The position numbers and the translations under genes are program-made. This document shows positions 57,756 to 64,000 of a DNA stretch of 64,000 bases, piece by piece. Under the pieces are notes generated by a model. The model worked only from the letters and a program-made list of their open reading frames with translations. It had not been told where the DNA came from and did no database searches. Each line of letters begins with the position of its first letter. Position 1 is the stretch's first letter. The stretch comes from an uncultured Ignavibacteriales bacterium. Its GTDB lineage: Bacteria > Zixibacteria > MSB-5A5 > GN15 > FEB-12. The stretch spans positions 36,939 through 100,938 of the forward strand of contig CAZVHP010000007.1 of the NCBI GenBank assembly GCA_964627305.1, in the 5' to 3' direction.

Positions 57756-59125
57756 AGCGACTTGATTGCCTCCAGTAGTTCGTGTTTGTGAAGGGTTATG
57801 GACCCGGCTCCCATGGTGATGACCAGGTCACCCCTGCGGATATGCTTCATGGCTTCGGCGACGCACTGCTGGCGTGGTCCGGCATAGACGAATTTTGTGA
57901 ATCCCCGACTGTGGGCGTTGCTGACGAGGGCCTCGGAGGTGACTCCGGGGAGGGGTTCTTCGCGGGCCGGGTAGATGTCGACCAGCAGGGGGACATCGGC
58001 GGTCGAGAGGACATCGATGAAGTCGTCCATGAAATCGCGGGTGCGGCTGAACAGGTGGGGCTGGTAGAGGACGACGACACGACGCTTGTAGACCTCGCGG
58101 GCCATTTCGAGGGTGGCTTTGACCTCGGTGGGGTGGTGGGCGTAGTCGTCGACGACCATGATGTCGTTGGCTTCGCCGATCAGTTCGAAACGTCGTCCGA
58201 CGCCGGTGAAATGCAACAGGCCGTCGACGATGGTTTCGAAGGGCACCTCAAGCTCGGTGCAGGTGGCGATGGCGGCCAGAGCATTGGCGATGTTGTGTTT
58301 GCCCGGGACATGCAGGATGACCTCACCGAGCAGATCGCCGCGGTTGTAGACGGCGAAGGAGCTGCGTCCGGGTTCGAGGTTGACGTTGAGGGCGCGGAAG
58401 TCAGCATCGGTGTTGAAGCCGAAGGTGACATAGGTCCTGGTTAGCTTGTGTTTGAGGCGGCCCAGGTTGTCGTCATCGGCGCTGATGATGACCTCACCGT
58501 AGAACGGGACGCGGTTCATGTAGGTGAGGAAGGAGTTGAGCAGATCGTCCATACCGTCGTAGCAGTCGAGATGATCGGGTTCGATGTTGGTGACGACGGC
58601 CATGGTGGGAAACATGGAGAGGAAGGAGCGGTCGTACTCATCGGCTTCGCAGATGAGGTGGTCTCCCTCACCGAGGGCGGCGCCGGTGCCCATTTCGGTG
58701 ACGACGCCACCGACAATGATAGTGGGGCGGTAGTTGCCGATGCGCATGATGCGTCCGATCATCGAGGTGGTGGTGGTTTTGCCGTGGGTGCCGGCGACGC
58801 CGACGGAGAACTTGAGGCGCATGAGTTCGCCGAGCATTTCGGCCCGTTTGATGACGGGGATCCCCTGGCGCCGGGCCTCGACCACCTCGGGGTTGGATTC
58901 GCCGACGGCGGAGGAGATCACGACGACATCGACATCGGTGAGATTGGCGGCCTGGTGGGTGGTGTGAACGGTGATGCCGAGGGACTGCAGGTAATCGGTG
59001 ACCTCGGAGGGGGTGTGATCGGAGCCCTTGATCTGGTAGCCGAGGTTGGACAAGATTTCCGCGATGCCGGACATACCGGCGCCGCCGATGCCGACGAAGT
59101 AGAGTCGTTTGACTTTCCCAAACAT
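57752..59125 (-). CDS. murC: UDP-N-acetylmuramate--L-alanine ligase
   Basis: FVGIGGAGMSGIA, AGTHGKTTTT, EADEYD, DDYAHHPTE, QPHLFSRT. Alternative GTG start at 59179. Confidence 0.97.
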   Translation of the reverse strand: MFGKVKRLYFVGIGGAGMSGIAEILSNLGYQIKGSDHTPSEVTDYLQSLGITVHTTHQAANLTDVDVVVISSAVGESNPEVVEARRQGIPVIKRAEMLGELMRLKFSVGVAGTHGKTTTTSMIGRIMRIGNYRPTIIVGGVVTEMGTGAALGEGDHLICEADEYDRSFLSMFPTMAVVTNIEPDHLDCYDGMDDLLNSFLTYMNRVPFYGEVIISADDDNLGRLKHKLTRTYVTFGFNTDADFRALNVNLEPGRSSFAVYNRGDLLGEVILHVPGKHNIANALAAIATCTELEVPFETIVDGLLHFTGVGRRFELIGEANDIMVVDDYAHHPTEVKATLEMAREVYKRRVVVLYQPHLFSRTRDFMDDFIDVLSTADVPLLVDIYPAREEPLPGVTSEALVSNAHSRGFTKFVYAGPRQQCVAEAMKHIRRGDLVITMGAGSITLHKHELLEAIKSL

Positions 59126-59175
59126 GATTCGTCCTGTACTAAACCGTTCAATGGTCTGCGTCGCTGTTGGCGTTT

Positions 59176-60321
59176 TCACGGATGCGTGGTGTCCTTTCGT
59201 GTCGTTTCGATCAGGTTGATGATATCCTCGGCGATGACGTCGACGGCGGGACGTCGTCCTGCGCTCATGGCGCGGACAGCCTGCTGCATCTGCAGGAGGC
59301 GATCGGAGCGGACGATGTTTGCGGCCTCGGCGAGGATATCGCGGGTGTTGAATTCCTCTTCGTTGACGACGATGGCCGCGTTGGCCTTGACGAAGGCCTG
59401 AGCATTTTTTCGCTGGTGGTCGCCGGCGGCAAAGCGGTAGGGAATCAGCAGGGCGGGCAGTCCGCATGCTTCCAGTTCGGCCAGAGTGAGGGCGCCGGCA
59501 CGGGCGACAGCGAAATCGGCGGCGGCATAGATACCGGCCATATCATTGGCAAAGGGGAAAAGGGACAGACCGAAGCCCTGGTCCTCCACCTGCGCGGCTA
59601 CATCCTTGTAGTCCCTTTCCCCCGTTTGCCATATCAGTTGCACGTCATCGGGAAGGCCACCGGTGGTGAGGCTTCTGAGGATGGCCTGATTGACGGCGTG
59701 TGCTCCCTGGGATCCTCCCAGGATGAGAATTGTTTTTCGGTCGTGTGACAACCCGAGACTGGTGATGGCGCGGTGACGATCGCCGCGCGTGATTTCGTGG
59801 CGGACGGGGTTGCCGGTGGCCATGATGTGGGCCTCTGTTTTCAGGTACTGCCGGGCCTGTTCGAATCCGAGATAGATGCGTTGGACGTGCGGCGCCAGCC
59901 TGCGGGTGGTCATGCCCGGGAAGGAGTTTTGCTCCTGGAGGACGGCGGGGATACCGCGCCAGGCGGCAGCACGAAGCACGGGCCAGGCAACGTAGCCGCC
60001 GGTGCCGACGACAACGTGGGGGCGGAGGCGTTTGATCATGAGCCAGCACTTTATCAGCGAGCCGATCATCAGGAACGGGACGAGCAGGTTGGCGGGTGTG
60101 AGCGAGCGCGCGAGTCCGCGAATGTTGATCAGTTCCAGGGGGAAGCCGATGCTGTCGCGGCGGGCGTATTCGATCCCGCGTCTTGTGCCGACGAAGCGGA
60201 TGTCGACGCGCATGCGCTCCATGAGCAGTTCCTGAACGCGGTTGGCGATGGCGATGGCGGGATAGAGGTGTCCGCCGGTGCCGCCGCCGGCAAAGATGAG
60301 TCTGGCGACCTGCTCAGGCAT
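59176..60321 (-). CDS. murG: Undecaprenyl-PP-MurNAc-pentapeptide GlcNAc transferase
   Basis: AGGGTGGHLYP, GTGGYV, EQNSFPG, GNPVR, GGSQGA, RAGALT, HQRKNA. Confidence 0.97.
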   Translation of the reverse strand: MPEQVARLIFAGGGTGGHLYPAIAIANRVQELLMERMRVDIRFVGTRRGIEYARRDSIGFPLELINIRGLARSLTPANLLVPFLMIGSLIKCWLMIKRLRPHVVVGTGGYVAWPVLRAAAWRGIPAVLQEQNSFPGMTTRRLAPHVQRIYLGFEQARQYLKTEAHIMATGNPVRHEITRGDRHRAITSLGLSHDRKTILILGGSQGAHAVNQAILRSLTTGGLPDDVQLIWQTGERDYKDVAAQVEDQGFGLSLFPFANDMAGIYAAADFAVARAGALTLAELEACGLPALLIPYRFAAGDHQRKNAQAFVKANAAIVVNEEEFNTRDILAEAANIVRSDRLLQMQQAVRAMSAGRRPAVDVIAEDIINLIETTRKDTTHP

Positions 60322-61438
60322 GGTTCGGGACCTCCCGTCGAGACAGGTTCAGCAGCAGGCCGACGGCGGCGCTGGAGATCAGCAGCGAGGAGCCGCCGTA
60401 GGAGATGAATGGCAGGGGCAGGCCAGTGACCGGCATGATGGCGGTGACGACGGCTATATTCAGGGCGATGTTGACGAACAGCAGCAGAGTCAGTCCGGAG
60501 GCAAGCAGGAAGCCGAAGCGGTCGGGCTGGTCCATAGCGATGGCGAGGCCGCGTTTTAGCAGGTAGAAGTAGGCACCGAGCAATGCGAAGAGACCCACGA
60601 GGCCGAGTTCTTCGCCGACGGCGGCGAAGGCGAAGTCGGTGTGCGGGTAGGGCAAAAAGAACAGTTTTTGGCGTCCTTCGCCGAGGCCGGTGCCGAGGAT
60701 GCCTCCGGAGCCGAGGGTGAGCGCGGCCTGTTTGACCTGATAGCTTCCCTGGAGGGGATCGAGGACCGAGTCGAGCCAGGTGGTGACGCGAGCTTTCTTG
60801 TATCCGAGTCCGAACACGAGGGCGCAGCCGCCGGCGATCATGGGGAGCACGAGCGTGGCCAGGTGAGTGATGCGTGCCCCGGCAAGGAAGAACATGCCCA
60901 GAGCAGTGGCGCCGATGACCATGGCGGTGCCGAGGTCCGGTTGGAGGATGATAAGTATCATACCGAGGCTGATGAGCACGGCGTACGGGAAGATGAGTTG
61001 TTTCCATCGGGTGATGTCGCGGCGTGCGTTGGACAGAGAGAAGGCCAAAAAGATGACCATCATGAGTTTGAAGAACTCGGATGGTTGTATGGACAGCCCG
61101 GCCAGGAGGATCCAGCGATGGGAGGCATTGCGGGCGGGCATGAGGAAGACCATGCCGAGCATGACCAGGATGATGATCAGGGCGGGCACAGAATAGACGG
61201 CCAGTTTGCGGATGTCCAGACGCGTGATGAGGTAGACGGCTGCGAGGGACAGGATGGTCCAGAGGAACTGGCTTTTCATGAAGAACCACTGCGAGCCGTG
61301 TCGGCTTTCGGCGAGGATGGACGAGTTGGAATAGACCATGATCAGCCCGCCAACCAGCAGGAAGAGGAAGACCAGCAGCAGTCTCTCGTCGACGCGCTCT
61401 TTTTTAGAAGAGGAGCGCAGTGTGGTTCGTCTTACCAT
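60314..61438 (-). CDS. ftsW: SEDS peptidoglycan glycosyltransferase FtsW
   Basis: RWI..IQPSEF.K, QPDLGT, GYQ-like GSYQ, LPYPHTDF, PVTGLPLPFISYGGSS. Confidence 0.96.
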   Translation of the reverse strand: MVRRTTLRSSSKKERVDERLLLVFLFLLVGGLIMVYSNSSILAESRHGSQWFFMKSQFLWTILSLAAVYLITRLDIRKLAVYSVPALIIILVMLGMVFLMPARNASHRWILLAGLSIQPSEFFKLMMVIFLAFSLSNARRDITRWKQLIFPYAVLISLGMILIILQPDLGTAMVIGATALGMFFLAGARITHLATLVLPMIAGGCALVFGLGYKKARVTTWLDSVLDPLQGSYQVKQAALTLGSGGILGTGLGEGRQKLFFLPYPHTDFAFAAVGEELGLVGLFALLGAYFYLLKRGLAIAMDQPDRFGFLLASGLTLLLFVNIALNIAVVTAIMPVTGLPLPFISYGGSSLLISSAAVGLLLNLSRREVPNHA

Positions 61439-62795
61439 TTTTCAATCCTGCCACGATCTCTTTGAAGACGCGGCCTCGTTGTTCGAAGTTCTCAAACATG
61501 TCAAAGCTGGCACAGGCGGGTGAGAGTAGCACGGTCTCGCCGGGGTGGGCGAGTGCGAAGGCCCGATGCACGGCCTGTTCCAGGGTGTCGACCATCTCGA
61601 CCGGGAACTCCTTGCCGAGCTGGTGGAAGATTTTTTCTTTGGCTTCGCCGATGGCGATGATGCCCTTGATGCGGCCGGCGCCGTGTTTGATCAGGGGTTC
61701 ATAGCCGGCGCCCTTGTCGCGACCGCCGGCGATGAGGTACAGCGGGGTGTCGACGGAGCGGAGGGCATAGCAGACGCTGTCGACATTGGTGGCCTTGGAG
61801 TCATTGATGAAGGTCACACCGGCGACCTTGCCGACCAGTTCGAGGCGGTGTTCGACGCCGGTGAAGGTGCTTAGGACCTCGGCCATGGCGTTCGGGGGCA
61901 CCTCGTAGCGCATGCCGATGGCGACGGCAGCGGCGGCGTTTTGCAGGTTGTGGGGTCCGGGGATACGAATGTCGCCGGTGGCAATAATGCGTTGCGGCTC
62001 GCGGTCGAAAATGCCCCAGAGGAATCCCTCGCGCACGAAAGCGCCCAGAGGAACGGCCTGCGTGGTGGAGAACCAGACGGCGGTGGCTTTTTGGTTGATG
62101 GTGGCGGTTGCGAGGATGGGATCATCCTGGTTGAGGACGAGGTAGTCCTCGCGGGTGAGGTTCTCGGCGACGCGATATTTGAGATTGACGTAGGCCTCGA
62201 AACTGCCGTGACGGTCCAGGTGATCGAGGCTGAGATTGAGGATGGCGGCAGTTTCGGGGTGGAAGGTTTCGATGGACTCGAGCTGGAAGGTGGATACTTC
62301 GACGACAGCGAGACCATCATGGGGGATGTCGGGGGCGATCTCGGAGAAGGGCAGACCGATGTTACCGCAGGCGGTTGCCTCGAGACCGCCGGCGCGGAGG
62401 ATTTCGCCGGTGAGGGTGGTGGTGGTGGTTTTGCCGTTGGAGCCGGTAATGGCGACGATACCGCCTTGGCAGACCCATGCGGCCAGTTCGATTTCGCTGA
62501 AGCAGGGGATTCCCTTTTCGCGGGCGCGCCTGAGGATATCGATGGAGAGGGGCACTCCCGGTGAGAGGACGAGGAAATCGCAGGCGAGCAGTTTTTCGGA
62601 GTGGGCGCCGGTTTCGTACGGGATGGCGGCGAGTTTGAGTTGTCTGATCGGTTCGGCCAGTTTGTCGGTCGGGGCGGAGTCGGAGACGAATGGGCGACCG
62701 CCGTTGGTCTTGACGAGGAAGGCGGCGGCGATACCGGAGCGGGCCATGCCGATGATGCCGATGTTGCGGCCGTGTATTTTGTCGCTTAGTGTCAT
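61404..62795 (-). CDS. murD: UDP-N-acetylmuramoyl-L-alanine--D-glutamate ligase
   Basis: SPGVP, ITGSNGKTTTT, DHLDRH, NDSKATN, LLSPACASFDMF. Confidence 0.97.
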   Translation of the reverse strand: MTLSDKIHGRNIGIIGMARSGIAAAFLVKTNGGRPFVSDSAPTDKLAEPIRQLKLAAIPYETGAHSEKLLACDFLVLSPGVPLSIDILRRAREKGIPCFSEIELAAWVCQGGIVAITGSNGKTTTTTLTGEILRAGGLEATACGNIGLPFSEIAPDIPHDGLAVVEVSTFQLESIETFHPETAAILNLSLDHLDRHGSFEAYVNLKYRVAENLTREDYLVLNQDDPILATATINQKATAVWFSTTQAVPLGAFVREGFLWGIFDREPQRIIATGDIRIPGPHNLQNAAAAVAIGMRYEVPPNAMAEVLSTFTGVEHRLELVGKVAGVTFINDSKATNVDSVCYALRSVDTPLYLIAGGRDKGAGYEPLIKHGAGRIKGIIAIGEAKEKIFHQLGKEFPVEMVDTLEQAVHRAFALAHPGETVLLSPACASFDMFENFEQRGRVFKEIVAGLKNGKTNHTALLF

Positions 62796-63877
62796 CGTAT
62801 CTTCAGGGTTGACAGGGTTAGCAGCGCACACATGGCGCCGATGATCCAGAACCGGATAACCACTTTTTGTTCAGCCCATCCTGCCAGTTCGAAGTGGTGG
62901 TGGATAGGCGCCATGCGGAAGATGCGTTTTCCGCGCAGTTTGTATGAGCCTACCTGGAGAATGACGGAGAGGGCCTCGATAACGAAGACACCGCCGACGA
63001 TCACCAGCAGGAGTTCTTTTTTGAGCAGGATGGCGATGGCGCCGAGTGCGCCGCCGAGGGCGAGAGCGCCGGTGTCGCCCATGAAGACCTGGGCGGGGTT
63101 GGCGTTGAACCACAGGAACCCGAGGGCAGCTCCGATGGCGGCGGCGCAGAAGACGGTCATTTCGCCGGTTCCGGGCAGGTAGTTGATCTGCAGGTAGGAG
63201 CTGAAGTCGGTGCGTCCGGTGACGTAGGCCAGGCCGGCGAAGGCAACGAAGCAGAACATGCACAGGCCGATGGCGAGGCCATCGAGGCCATCGGTGAGAT
63301 TGACGGCGTTGGAGGCCCCGGTGATGACCAGCACGATGAAGGGGATATACAGGGCACCGAGGACGAGGACGTAGTTTTTGACGAACGGAATGGAGGTAGA
63401 GCCATCGTAATGTCCCTCGGGGGCGACATACAGCAGGAGGAGTCCGAAGACGAGGCCGAGGACGATTTGTCCGGCGAACTTGGTCCGGGCGACCATACCT
63501 TTGGGGTTGTGTTTGACGGCCTTGAGGTAGTCGTCGATGTACCCGATGAGTCCGAGCCAGAGGGTGACCAGGAGGACCATGAGGACATGATAGTTGCTCA
63601 GGTCAGCCCAGAGCAGGGTGGGGATGACGATGGCGGCGAGGATAATCAGTCCGCCCATAGTGGGAGTTCCGGCCTTGCTCTGGTGGCTGGCGGGTCCGTC
63701 CTGACGGATCTTTTCTTTGATCTGGTACTTTTTGAGCAGTTTGATGAACAGCGGGCCGAGTATCAGGGCGATGATCAGGGCGGTAATGGCCGCTGCGGCC
63801 GAGCGGAAGGTGATATAGCGGATCAGGTTGAGTCCCGGGATCACATCTTTGAGGGGCAGCAGCAGGAAGTAGAGCAT
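62792..63877 (-). CDS. mraY: Phospho-N-acetylmuramoyl-pentapeptide transferase
   Basis: KAGTPTMGG, DDYLK, SNAVNLTDGLDGLA, FMGDTGAL, MAPIHHHFE. Real start at MLYFLL. Confidence 0.97.
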   Translation of the reverse strand: MLYFLLLPLKDVIPGLNLIRYITFRSAAAAITALIIALILGPLFIKLLKKYQIKEKIRQDGPASHQSKAGTPTMGGLIILAAIVIPTLLWADLSNYHVLMVLLVTLWLGLIGYIDDYLKAVKHNPKGMVARTKFAGQIVLGLVFGLLLLYVAPEGHYDGSTSIPFVKNYVLVLGALYIPFIVLVITGASNAVNLTDGLDGLAIGLCMFCFVAFAGLAYVTGRTDFSSYLQINYLPGTGEMTVFCAAAIGAALGFLWFNANPAQVFMGDTGALALGGALGAIAILLKKELLLVIVGGVFVIEALSVILQVGSYKLRGKRIFRMAPIHHHFELAGWAEQKVVIRFWIIGAMCALLTLSTLKIR

Positions 63878-63999
63878 CAGCGGTTCTCCTCGGGGGCGAT
63901 GGTTTTCAGTACCTTGTCCAGCCCGGTACCGCGCGAGGCCTTGATAAAGATGTGGTCGCCGTCTTTGATGATGTTGCGGATGTCGGCGGCGCACTGCTC
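63877..63999 (-). CDS. murF: MurF C-terminal end (truncated by window edge)
   Basis: Minus frame reads ..IKDGDHIFIKASRGTGLDKVL..stop (KASRG motif); TGA overlaps the mraY ATG. Confidence 0.85.
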   Translation of the reverse strand, partial: EQCAADIRNIIKDGDHIFIKASRGTGLDKVLKTIAPEENR

Positions 64000-64000
64000 G

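Noticed and set aside
1-64000. tRNA, rRNA, transposase or integrase genes
   Set aside because: None recognised in the intergenic spaces or ORF set; a tRNAscan/Infernal run would be needed to exclude small RNAs.

Overview
A 64-kb window of a high-GC diderm bacterium. The FlgD/T9SS-type C-terminal sorting domain, porX next to tsaE and Bacteroidota-like secretion genes point to the FCB superphylum, most plausibly a Zixibacteria-like candidate phylum (inference, not proven). Left half: 3' part of valS, a lone arsM, then a ~20-kb minus-strand type VI secretion (contractile injection) locus. Its sheath, tube and baseplate genes (tssB, tssC, tssD, tssE, tssF, tssG, tssK) look like the Bacteroidota T6SS-iii type, with clpV/tssH and vgrG. 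I see no tssNOPQR membrane-complex genes and no tssJ or tssA. Instead tssK is followed by a C-terminally anchored TssL-like protein, a shortened TssM-like P-loop/GTPase membrane protein and a small exported VirB10/TrbI-like protein. TssG carries an N-terminal PASTA-like domain. Upstream sits a PAAR(+TTR-like domains)/HExxH metallopeptidase effector/lipoprotein immunity/DUF1795 adaptor cassette. Divergent from it is an operon for a Ser/Thr kinase, two CsgG-like+TPR proteins, an outer-membrane beta-barrel and a cohesin-like lipoprotein, facing a 1611-aa PKD/beta-helix/dockerin surface protein. Right half: ABC-F ATPase, small OMP, a 163-bp MITE inserted into a hairpin loop, a sigma54 two-component module with a degenerate GGDEF gene, the serS-HK-porX-tsaE-tsaB-rimI-accD-folC run, a stand-alone rpsD, an orphan minimal flagellin with a sigma54 promoter and the dcw cluster (murF to ftsZ). 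GC skew appears to flip near 33-35 kb. The best candidate for an undescribed system is the hybrid T6SS with its unusual membrane module and the neighbouring kinase/CsgG-like operon. All family calls are by eye from motifs; no searches were run.
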